DNA from: Eledone cirrhosa
Lineage: Eukaryota
DNA: 64,000 bases
Assembly: GCA_964016885.1 (NCBI GenBank)
Contig: OZ024743.1
Coordinates: forward strand, 22,010,001 to 22,074,000
Direction: 5' to 3'
A model generated the notes under the pieces. That model saw only the letters and a program-made list of their open reading frames with translations. It was not told the origin of the DNA and did no database searches. The position numbers and the translations under genes were made by a program. This document shows positions 52,540 to 64,000 of the stretch, in pieces (within the stretch, counting starts at the first letter, position 1; each line of letters opens with the position of its first letter).

Positions 52540-53718
52540 ATATATATAAATGTTTGTATGTGTGTGTTGTTAATTATCCGACACATACAAATATACACAC
52601 ACGGAGTAAGTGATATGAGAAAGATGGGAAGGATGAGAGTTCAGATAAACGTATTAAAAACTATACTAAAATGTCATTTTAATCATATAGACTAAAATGA
52701 TTATTTTCAAGCATAAAATATACTTTAAGAGTATTAAATCTTTAATCTATTTAATTCTAAACATATAAAACTAATAGATGCACACTAATTTATATACAGT
52801 CTCCCACTATGTTTTTTATCATTTCCATGGATTTATGTTTGTGTATGTACATATAATTGTATGTGTACATATAATTGTACATATATATATGTACAATTAT
52901 ATGTTTATATATATAAATAAATGATGATGATGATATATAAATACATACAATGGTATGTAATTATATCTACATCAAAGAAACACTTGAGAATAAAATAACA
53001 TATTGAATTAAATACACAATATATTAGATATCATCTCTGGACACGATCATATTTCTAGAATTTAGACATCCATAGAAGTGTATGTATGGGTGTTACTTTC
53101 ATCAGCAGATCATTTTCATTGTTAATGTCTGTGATTTGAGCTCTCACTCTCTTTCACTTGCAGCCTTTTACAAAACAAATCAAGTGTATTTGTGTTATTG
53201 GTATTTCAACTGTTTACGTATATCAGCTTCCATGCTATGTTGTAAATAAACAATAAAACTTCAAATGACTAGTTTTGCATTTCTACTGGTGAAAAAATAT
53301 GGATGTATGACAGCTAAATATATGATCAGGATATAGAAATATAGAATCATCATCATCATCATCATCATCTTCATTTAGCAAGGGTTGAATGGGACTTCAT
53401 AGACTGAGTCAATATTGAAACAGATCAACTGACCTTTTTAATGAGCCATGTGACTACATCTTTCTTACATACATTCATGTGCTCTACTGATTGCATTCTC
53501 AACATTTCTCCTATAAATGTCCTTCCATACTCTTCATAACCCTCCTCATTTTGTGTCATGCATTTTCAGGATAATTCTTGGTGATCCAATTAAACATATC
53601 ATCCACTTCAAAATAAGCTTTCCAAGGTTTACCTTCAAGCCCTTTCTTGGTTACAAAGACTCCAATTGGCAAGATACTGACCTCGTCAGCATTTCATATT
53701 TCAAGCCAGCTTAATGTT

Positions 53719-53792
<74 letters not shown>

Positions 53793-54664
53793 TTGTAGCT
53801 GGCATGGTACATCAATTATTATCACACTCTTCACACTCAATTATTATCACACTCTTCTTATCCACAACTACAATGTTCAAATTTTGTTGTATTTTCCTTT
53901 AAGCGTATAAGGAAAATTCCCATAGCATTATCACACCTCATTGTTTTCTAGAATTTTCACTACAATTGCTACAAAATAATCATGACTCTTATCTGTACAT
54001 GCAAAGCCAACTCTCTTCCAAAAATTACAGAAAATTATTGTCACTATTTTATTGTCTACACTTTTTGTACAAATGCTGAGCTAACTGTGAGCATTCTGAA
54101 ACTATTTGAGCAATAAACCGATCAATAAACCAAAGCCATCTGCTTTTCTCATTGTTTATCTCTTTCGCCTCATTGAGAAACACTGAATGAAGCTTCGTTC
54201 CTTCAAAGTATGGTATTCTGTTTTGGCTTTACGAATTACCCTTGTCTTAATTCCTCATTAAGAACCCTTGTCTTATTTTCTCTACTTCAAACACATCTTC
54301 AACAATTATTAATCTCCATCTTCTTTCTGCTCTTCTCCAGTGTAATCAATCAACATCTGATTGTGAGTGTATGCTTTTATGTATTGTAAGCAGATTCCTT
54401 GTCTTCCTGTTGATATCATTTAGTTCATCAGTTATTCTTATTCTATAACATATTAGAGACACTGCCCTTGTGTTGATTCTTGTGAAATACTCTTAGCATT
54501 CAATTTGGGTTTTAGAATCTCTTTAATTCTACGGAAACATTCTTTACTAATGTCACCTTTATTTTTACACTTCTAATACTTTTCACTTTCTAACATTTAA
54601 AGTTATTTTTTTCTTCTTCTTCTTTTTTGATTATTGTTATTGTTGTTGTTGTTGTTGGTTTTGT

Positions 54665-54728
<64 letters not shown>

Positions 54729-54937
54729 TGCTGTTGTTGTTGTTGTTGCTGTTGTGGTAGCTGTGTTGTAAATGCAGGAGCAGATATTTTGTTATTGCTT
54801 TTTTATCTTTATTGTTTTTAAATCTTACTTTAATCCTTGCTCTTACATGCTAGCATTTACTGTGACATTCAGTGATATTTAGAAATATGCTATAATTGCA
54901 AAGTCATTGATTTTTCAAATCATTTCCATCTTGGTTA

Positions 54938-54991
<54 letters not shown>

Positions 54992-56629
54992 GGATGGTTT
55001 GCACAGTAAATAAAATGATTACTGGATTGTCTACTGCTTAAGTATCAACAAAAACTTTAGATAGACTGCTGAACAATGCAGTCTTTTGTAGGAGAGCAAT
55101 TTGTGTTTTGAGGTCTTTTCTTTTAAGATACCCTCTTTAAGACTCTTTTAAGAGTCGCTCCAGGTAGAGCTGCTATTTCTCCGAATTGAGAGATCACAGC
55201 TATGATACTATGGGCATGTGGTTAGGATGTCTCTGGAAAGAATCACTGGACAAATTTTATGGGCAAAATCAACTGGCAGGAGACCTTGTGGTTGACCCCG
55301 AGCAAGATAGGATAACATCAATGTAGGATAACATCAATGAACTTGGCTGGTCTTGCTTGGGAATCCAGCCAGATCAGTTGCAGATGGTTGCTTCTAACAG
55401 GACCCACTGGAAGGGGTGTTTGAAGACTCTGCCCTCATGACATTTTCAGGAATAATTGGGTAACAAAGAAGTAGAAGACATATAAGATTGTTTTGTGGTC
55501 ACCTGACAGGTCTAGCCTCAGAACTTGACCACCCTTCTTACACATACAAGCATAGAAAATATATGTAAAATGGTTATAATGTTGAAATGATGATGCATTG
55601 TGTCCCATAGAAGTTGCTGAAATGAAGGTTCTAGAGTTAATAAGTTTGGGCAGAGAGTCCAGCTGCAGTGCATACAGCAGTAACAGTCATTTAAGGGCCT
55701 TCTGTCTAGACAAGCTAAAACGAAAATGCAGCAACAACAGAAGCTGCTACTTATACAGCAACAACAGGCACAATTCCAGAGATTTCAGAAAAGATTGATT
55801 CACTTTCAATTCCAGAAGTTAACTAGGAAACAGAGAAACATCCACCCAGTTATAATCAGCAGTGACAATGAGGAAGAGATGGAAAGAGAGTTGGCCACAG
55901 CATCTTACTTCTGTTCTCGCAGTTCATGTACTTTCATCTTCCAAAATTGTACTTAAGAAATTTTGGCATTGCGAATGAAATGGCTTATTTAGTAGGTCAG
56001 GATCGGATCAAAATCAATGAGTTTTAACAGACTTGACTGTTATCCAGCTAAATATAATCTGTATATTAAAGGGACACCAGATAATGTATCAAATGTAAGG
56101 AGTTATTATGTACCACAGGAACAATATAGTACAAGAGGCAAAACTCTGAAAGAACAATAGAAACATGTCAGAATATCACAGAAGAGTCCAAGATTTGTTT
56201 GAAGGCTTTTATTAATATTATTTTTTAATAAGCCCAATTTAATCATAGCCCATCTTCTCAAAAATATGTACTGAATTTATCCTGAAATAGTCATGTAAAT
56301 ACTTTAAGTGTTTCATCAGTTCTTCATTTGTTAAGTGAAGAACTGAACTTCATCTTAACTTGTGTGTGTGTGCTGGTTGGCTGTCATACAGCAACCATTT
56401 TTAATTTATTGATTTTTTTTTCAGAAACTATTTTAACCTCAAAGGACTGATATCATCCACCACCACTTCTCAGTATTAGTCGTGGTTGGCTCCACAACAA
56501 AAATAATCTCAGAAAAAGAAGTCCACAAAACATCAAACTGACAGCATTTGTGCAAGATTTATGTAGCTTGTAGAAAGACATCTTATTATGACAAGAAAGA
56601 GGAAGGAGAAGAACAACAACAAAACTAAT

Positions 56630-57775
56630 AATAATGTTTTCTAACATAGGCACAAGTTCATAATTTCTTGGGGGAAGAGGAAAGTCGATTATATTGATCC
56701 TGTACTTGATTAGCTTTTTGTTTTATCGACCTTGGAAGGAATGAAAGGCACAATTGACCTCAGCTGGATTTGATCTCGGATTGCAATGAGCCAAAACAAA
56801 TTCTGCAAAGCATCTTCTTCAGTGGTTTATTGATTTTGAAAAACCACCTGACTAATAAAATAATTGTTTCTACTTTAGGCACAAGGCCAGCAATTATGGG
56901 GGAAGGTAAAATCGATTAAATCGATCCCAGTACTTTACTGGTGCTTTATTTATCGACCCCATAAGGATGAAAGGCAAAGCTAGCCTCTGGTTTCTACTTT
57001 AGGCACAAGGTTTGCAGTTTTGAGTGAAGGGGAAGTTGAGAAAATCGATCAAAGCACAAAACAGGTACTTTATTTTATTGACCTTGGAATGTTGAAATGC
57101 AAAGTTGACATTGATGGATTTGAATTCAGAAGGTAAAGGGCTGTAGCTAAATAAATACCACAGAGCATTTTGCCTGATGCTCTAATGATTCTGTCAAACC
57201 ACATCTTGGTGGTCAGGGTGACTGTGGTTTTTGTGGGCTTTCTCCATAAGTAACCCTCGGTAGTCTCCCCTCCTATTGGGGAATTTTCCTTTGTTTCCAT
57301 TTTTTTGTTTTATACTCATTTTTACACACAGAAACCCACATTATACCGTCCTATGCTGTCTTTAATGTATTTTTTATGTAAACCCTTTGTGGTCATTAAA
57401 GAAAACATTATTGTTATTGAATCGGTAGAGCGTCAGACAACATGCTTAGTGCATAGAATTTATGGCCCTTTACGTTTTGAGTTCGAATCTCAGTGAGGTT
57501 AGCTTTGCCTTTCATCACTACTGTGTCGATAAAATAAAGTACCAGTAACGCACTAGGGTAAATTCAATCGATTTCCTTTCCCCTTCAAATTTCTGGTCTT
57601 GTGGATTAGCAGTATCGGTAGAGGGTCGGACGCCATGCTTTGTTACGGCCCTTTATGGTCTCTGAGTTCAAATCCCGCCGAGGTTAACTTTGCCTTTCAT
57701 CCTTACGGGGTCGATAAAATAAAGTACCAGTAAAACACTGGGATAATTGCTGGCCTTGTGCCAAAAGTAGAAACA

Positions 57776-57812
<37 letters not shown>
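56630..57812. mobile_element. Cluster of SINE family A copies (minus 56635-57200, plus 57415-57780) around a LINE 3' fragment (57199-57418)
   Basis: Repeated core motif; the youngest copy, 57601-57780, ends in (ATT)n(AGT)n. Confidence 0.75.
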
Positions 57813-57872
<60 letters not shown>

Positions 57873-58241
57873 TTGAATACTAAGAAAAATGATAATACCA
57901 TCAAAATATGAAGACTAATTAATAGTCTTGATATTAATAATGATTAATAGATATCAAATAAAATAAAATTGGCAACTTATTTATGAAACAACTACCAACA
58001 ACAATACAAGAAAAAGGCAGCAGTAGTAGCAGTGACGCACAGAAAAAAAGCAATACCATTAACGGTGACAGCAGAAAAACAAGCATAACAATAGCAGCAA
58101 CAATGACAAGAAATATTAGACCAACGTCAACAGACCACAACAGCAAGATCAACAACAGTACCAACAGGATTAAACAGAGAGATAATCAGTTTGTAGAGGT
58201 TAATCATAAAGTATGTATGCATATAAATATATATTTTATGA

Positions 58242-58279
<38 letters not shown>

Positions 58280-58318
58280 ATATTAAATAAATGGAAACTA
58301 TATTTATAAAACCATATT

Positions 58319-58382
58319 TATTTTATTATATATATTTCAAGGGTACCAAGACAACATTGGTACGCTTTCATCAGATAAAATA
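58319..58382 (-). ncRNA. Minimal type I hammerhead ribozyme (3' pLTR of PLE 2)
   Basis: UAUUUUAU-CUGAUGA-AAGCGUACCAA/UUGGUACCCUU-GAAA-UAUAUA-UA-AUAAAAUA. Confidence 0.88.
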
Positions 58383-59358
58383 CAAAGTTTGTTTCATAAA
58401 TAGAGACATACCCATGAAAATCATACCTTAAAGGTTGAAAATTCACTGGATAGTGGAAATATATTAGGGATTTTTCAAACTTATGTGTGAATATGCAAAT
58501 GAATATGTAAATAAATGAAAAACAACCGTTTATTTAAACGACTATGGAGAGAGAGAAGAAATAAGAGGAGAAGGATAAAAAATAGTGCGAGAGAGAAAGA
58601 GAGAGAAGAAAGAAACAAGAGAAGGTGAATAAAACTCATATAAAAAGTATATATCTTAATAGTACGTGTATTTACGATTATTAGTTGTTTAAAATTTGTT
58701 TATAATATAATATTTTCTGTTATAAGTCGATAAATAAATAAATACATAAATAAATAAATAAACAAATAAATAAATAGGTATATCATGTTATAAATAATTG
58801 TTCTAATGAGTTATGAGGGATATTGGTTTTGTATTTAATGTAAATAAATATTAAGTTAAATTAAATTAAATTAACTGAGTTAATAAGAATATTTATATTT
58901 ATATGATTTAAAATGGGAAGATGCGGAAAAACTCCGGTTTAATTTATGTATTCGTTAGTGTGAGACTATTTAGTCAAAATAACTATAGATGTTGAAAGAT
59001 ACATTTAGCCAGAATGGTTATAAATCTATTGAAAAATATTGAAAAAGTATTGAAAAAATATTGAAAAATTTGAGAAAATTTTTTTTAAATAAATTGTAAG
59101 AGATAAGTAATTTTTAAAGAAATAAAAATTAAAGAAATAAAAATAAGGATTTAAAAATGATTAAAATTAAAATTAAAATTAAAATTTTAAAAAAATTTAG
59201 AATTATATACGTATATATTTTATGAAACTTTAAGAAGTGGAATTATAGCAAATGTTATAGATATTATGATTTAGAGATATCATAATATATATATGAAAAC
59301 CAATTGGATGAGATTGTTATGGAAATAAGTAGAAATATTAGAAATATTATAAGTATAA

Positions 59359-61579
59359 TTATAAGTTATATATAGTTATGAATGTTGAATGCAGGCGATG
59401 TCTACAAGAATTAAATAAATTCGTTCTTAGATTAATAGAGTTTTTACTGTTAAGTATGAAAAAAATTTCCTCAACGCACGATTTGCAGAATCTAGATAAA
59501 GCTGTGTTTCGGTACGCGGGTGCTTATGAAACTGTTTCCCAAGCTAAAGAATAGTCCATATTCTTGCATTTTAAGTTCCATATCAAGTTTGAAAGAGAAG
59601 TTGAAGATTTTTGATCAAATCTTAGGAATGAGCATTTGTGTTTATTCCAGCGATTTTTAAATTCTGTAGAAGTTGCACCGACATAAATATATTATCACTG
59701 GTTTTAACTGTTTATAGACCACGTTTTTATCTAAACAGTTATTTTGTAAAGGACAGTTTGATTTAATTCTAATTACATTTTGCTGAGTTGTTGTTCGGAA
59801 TGGTACTATTATGTTGGATATTGCTATTAGTTGGATATTGCTATTTTGGTTATTTTGGTTAGGGTTTAAATTTCTATTATTAATTCTATTTATATTTTGT
59901 GCTATGTTCATAGTAGTAGAGTAGGATAGTTTTATAGTATGTCTGTTAAAGATTGAGTGGTATCTGTGGGCTTTAGGAAAACATTTATCTAGTGCTTTAA
60001 AGAATAGCTTTGCTAAAGGTGTTTTTAGGCTTAATGAGAATGGGGGTGTGTACCAAATAATATTTCTAGTTCTAGTTCTTCTGTTAGTTTTAGAGTATAA
60101 GTTAAATTTTGTATTATAATTACAATTAATAGTAGGGTTATTTACCTTATTACTGTTGTCGATATATTTAATCTTATTTATATACCCTGCTCTATTTAAA
60201 GCTTCATTATAATATTCTGCCTTATCGTCAAAAATGTTTTTATTAGCGGAGATGCGTGAAATACGTTGTTGGACAGAATTGACAATAGTGTTCTTGATAG
60301 ATCTAGGATGATTAGAGTTAAAACTTACATAGTTTAGATTCTCATTAATTTTATGGAATGGATAGTAGAGCCCTGTGTTAAGGTTTAATGTTACGTCTAA
60401 AAAGTTTACAATTTTATAGTTATTCTCTATTTCTAACTTAAGGTTTGTAGCTATTGAAAAATTGTATTATGGATTTTCTTTTCCTATTAATTTCACAATT
60501 ATTATGATTTTCAATTAAAAGCAGCATATCATCACGATATAAACCTGGTATTTTTCTATGCAGTGTATTATTAATAAATAGCCCCACAATATCCGTTATT
60601 TGCGCCGAGCCAGATGATCCCATGGTGATATCAAAATTATTTTTTCTATCGGCTCTAGTCCAGAGATGATTGTTGAATTCAATTAAAGTTTTCCGTGCAG
60701 TTAAAATGATATGCATTTCTTCGCTAGATAAATATGGATGTTTAGATGCATAGATACTTTATTAAGTAAACTAGGAGTAATAGAGGAGTAGTAGTTTGCA
60801 ATATCCAATTGAATTAATTTTTTGTTACGTTTAAATTTTATGTTATTGAACCAATCTATAACCTCGTTAGTACCGTTCCGTAATTTTAGGTAAGATATTT
60901 CTTTAAGTTGCGGTATGATTCTATCTAATATATGTTTACTAACTATGCCTAAGTCTGATTTAGATGGTGCTATAAATCTAACTGGTAGTTCTATTTCAAA
61001 GTTTCTTTTGTGGTCTTTCAGGTTAATTTTCGGTCTTCTAGGTATAAAGGGTTCGGTCCTATTTTCGATGCCTAATTTATGAATTATTTCAGAAGCTTCT
61101 CTATTTACCATTTCAAGATCTTCATTAGTTGTTATTTTGTAGTTTTTCCTTAGTTCGTTCAATATAAGGTTATTGTATTCGTCCTTTTGCATTTCATATA
61201 GATTGTTAGTTTTGTCAGATTTTACGAGGATCTTCTCAGTTTTTTCAAGATTGTCTATATTATTCTTGAGGCCTTTAAGGTATTCCTGGCCTACAAATTG
61301 GTTTTTCTTGAATTTGATGTTTTGTATAATCGATATTATTTCATTTTCAAATTCCATTAATAGTTTGTTGTTAGGTGGATTTTTCTTGGATTTGAAGATC
61401 ATATCGAAGTTGTAACTGGATTTATTTGTTTTTTCATCTGATTTTCTATGAAAATGGAAGGCACGCCATCTATGGCTTCGTATAAAGGAGTCAGATTTCT
61501 CAATGAGTTGTTTAAGATAGTCCTTATTCTTAGGTAAAGGTACATCTTTTAGAGAAGAAGAAATCCTAAAGAATTCCAT
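59359..61579 (-). pseudogene. PLE 2 RT-GIY-YIG ORF with frameshifts
   Basis: Pieces 61579-60701, 60716-60438 (YRDD) and 59911-59657 (CPLQNNC) align by eye to the 737-aa ORF; ends SCRHRLHSTF. Confidence 0.92.
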
Positions 61580-61768
61580 TATTTAGCAATCAGTTATAAT
61601 TTAAAGTGCTCAATATTAAAGGAGCTATTTATAAGTAGAAGGGGTATTAATTTGTTGGAAGTCCGACAAATATAAATGTTTATAACTGATTTAGAGCACT
61701 CAACAGTTTACTGGAGTAAATATTCAATGATATTAAGTAAATGGAAACTATATTTATAAAACCATATT

Positions 61769-61832
61769 TATTTTATTATATATATTTCAAGGGTACCAAG
61801 ACAACATTGCTACCCTTTCATCAGATAAAATA
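61769..61832 (-). ncRNA. Minimal type I hammerhead ribozyme (5' pLTR of PLE 2)
   Basis: As 58319-58382, with stem II AAGGGUAGCAA/UUGGUACCCUU. Confidence 0.88.
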
Positions 61833-62007
61833 CAAAGTTTGTTTTATAAATAGAGACATACCCATGAAAATAATACCTTATCGGTTGGAAATTCACTGGA
61901 TAGTGGAAATTTATTAGGGATTTTTCAAACTTATGTGTGAATATGCAAATGAATATGTAATTAATTGAAAAACAAACGTTTATTTCAAAAAATTAATACC
62001 TCTTCTA

Positions 62008-62065
<58 letters not shown>

Positions 62066-62073
<8 letters not shown>

Positions 62074-62285
62074 TAACAGATTAAAGTTTAAGCAAAGAAT
62101 CGCTGCTTTCACCCTTAACGGGATCTGCTGAAACTAAACAAATTAATCTGTGAACGCAGAAGTAAATATTTTGAAAAACGTGGCAACTGAAGGAAGACAG
62201 GAAGACGATACTTTGGTTTCAGAAGATCCCGTTAAGGGTGAAAGCAGCGATTCTTTGCTTAAACTTTTTATCTGTTATTTTAATA
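62066..62285. mobile_element. (TA)n-flanked element with ~70-bp inverted arms
   Basis: 62066-62134 is the reverse complement of 62216-62285 with few differences. Confidence 0.8.
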
Positions 62286-62816
62286 AATATATATATATAT
62301 GTATATGTATATATATATATGTATATATATGTATATGTATATATATATATGTGTATTTATATGTATATATATATAAATATATATATATATACATATATAT
62401 ATATGTGTGTGTGCATGAAAGAGATGTAGTGTTGTATGTGTATGTGTGTATTATATATATGCGTGTAGTCATGTGTATCCCGGTTTTTAGAATAAGCGCA
62501 ATGTATCAAAACTAAGTACCAACATGAACGCTAATAATATAGAAATAAATACGTCCATTTCAGGAAACTATTGTAAAGTTTCCTTGCGGTTGTTTCAATG
62601 ATTATACATATCTTCTGATGTGAACCTAAATAGTTTCCAAAATCGATTTAAGATATTTCTTTCAATGTAAATGGAAGTACGTATATTTGGCATATTTACA
62701 TGACTATACAATGGTTAAATTTATATGCATACTTACGCAGTCCTCTTCAAAACATTGTTTTCCGTTTTGCCTTGTTTTTGTTCGTTGTCTTGTCTTCACT
62801 TTGTTAATTTTCCTAT

Positions 62817-63030
62817 ATCATCATCATCATCATCATCATCATCATCGTTTAACGTGCATCCTCCACACTATCATGGGTTAGATGGTTTTGTTCCATTTGA
62901 TGCGGGATTGGTCGGGAGACCGTGTCTTGCTCGTACGGAAGTGTCTCTGGCAGGTTTTCTACAACTGTATGACCTTCGTAACACCAACCACATTTACAGT
63001 GTGGACTGGGAGCCTTTTTACCGTGTCTCC
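62817..63030 (-). mobile_element. Diverged RTE/SINE-B-type 3' tail
   Basis: (CAT)n followed by CGTTTAACGTGCATCCTCCACACTATCATGGGTTAGA. Confidence 0.6.
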
Positions 63031-63221
63031 TACACGACCACTTTACAGCGTGGACTGGGTGCTCTTTGTTGTGTCACTGACACGGTGGGCGGAAATGGGA
63101 GGATGGGGTAGGATGTGTGGGTGGGGCGTATATTGGGTTAAGAGGTGACTACTGACTGTAGGTTTGTATGCAAGGGAAGGCGGGTCTTCTGTACAACTGC
63201 ATGGCACCAAAAATCTCGATC

Positions 63222-63645
63222 CAGATTTTTATAGTAGTCTGTATTAATGATGACTATTGTGCCACCTTTATCAACTTCTTTGATAGTGATTGTAAATCAA
63301 TTGAATTCTTCCATTCCTTTTTTCGAGAAATTTGATTTGGCATTTCTATTTCCAGTTTTTTCAAAGGGAAAATTCATAATGAGTTTGCAGTAGGAATCTG
63401 ATGCTTTATTCCTTCTTTTCTTTTGGGCAAAAATCTCTTTTGTTTCTAACAAGTGTTTCGACTTCATTGTAATTGTTTTTGTAGAGGAATTCAGCTAGCC
63501 TGAGCTTTCCTCAGAACTCTGTGATGCCATTTTTCAGTTTGGGGAATTTGGTTTTTTGTGGGGTGGATATAAATATCAGTCCCTTAATATATCTAATTTG
63601 GAGTTTGTCAATGACTTCTTTGAAAGGTTGATTACCTTCGGACTT
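63222..63645 (-). pseudogene. N-terminal fragment of a third, unrelated PLE ORF; probably extends to the window end
   Basis: PKVINLSKKSLT...IL/KGLIFIST, then SNFSKK...ITIKEVDKGGTIVIINTDYY (PLE DKG motif). Confidence 0.75.
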
Positions 63646-64000
63646 TTATGTGTTGAGGCCATCATATGTCCTGGTATTTCTCTCCTTGTGCTAACAAAAG
63701 ATTGTTATTTTGAGCGCAGTTGTTTCTTCTTCTTTGTCTGTTTTTGTGGGTCTCTAGTTTGATTTTTTTAATGGAAATTTGTGTAGTCTACGAGTGGTAA
63801 CTGTTATAGTCGTTTTTATGTAGAGGTTCTGTTGAAATTCATAGGTTTATATTATAGAGTTTCCCTTTGTTGTTTTGGAGTTTGGTTCTTTGGAAGGTTT
63901 TTTTTGTTATTGTCTATATTGTAGTGATTGGATGTGCTTTCCTGTTGTACTTGTTTGTGTATATTTTAAATAGAGGGGAATTATTTCTGTGGTTTGGATG

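Larger units (their letters stand above)
58275..62012 (-). mobile_element. Penelope-like element 2 (sister family of PLE 1), frameshifted, in (TA)n
   Basis: Direct pLTRs at about 58275-58536 and 61725-61986; short inverted 5' cap 61989-62012 matching 61630-61652; (TA)n flanks. Confidence 0.92.

Overview
AT-rich, microsatellite-dense metazoan DNA. The repeat spectrum resembles Octopus/cephalopod, which is an inference. I found no host gene; the window is almost entirely transposons and their debris. Main content: (1) an apparently intact, very young Penelope-like element (PLE; 737-aa RT + C-terminal GIY-YIG, near-identical 406-bp pseudo-LTRs with a 5' inversion) inserted in (TA)n inside a non-autonomous Helitron; (2) a frameshifted sister PLE and a fragment of a third PLE; (3) a Tx1/L1-type LINE 5' half and further fragments, several RTE LINEs, two tRNA-derived SINE families, a decayed hAT transposase, MITEs, a second Helitron and two minisatellites. 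The most notable signal is a dense set of minimal type I hammerhead-ribozyme motifs: four in the PLE pLTRs with compensatory changes between families, at least three more in short non-coding units usually next to (TA)n (two with an unusual ~60-nt stem II), plus several decayed candidates. All RNA folds were assigned by eye and are untested.
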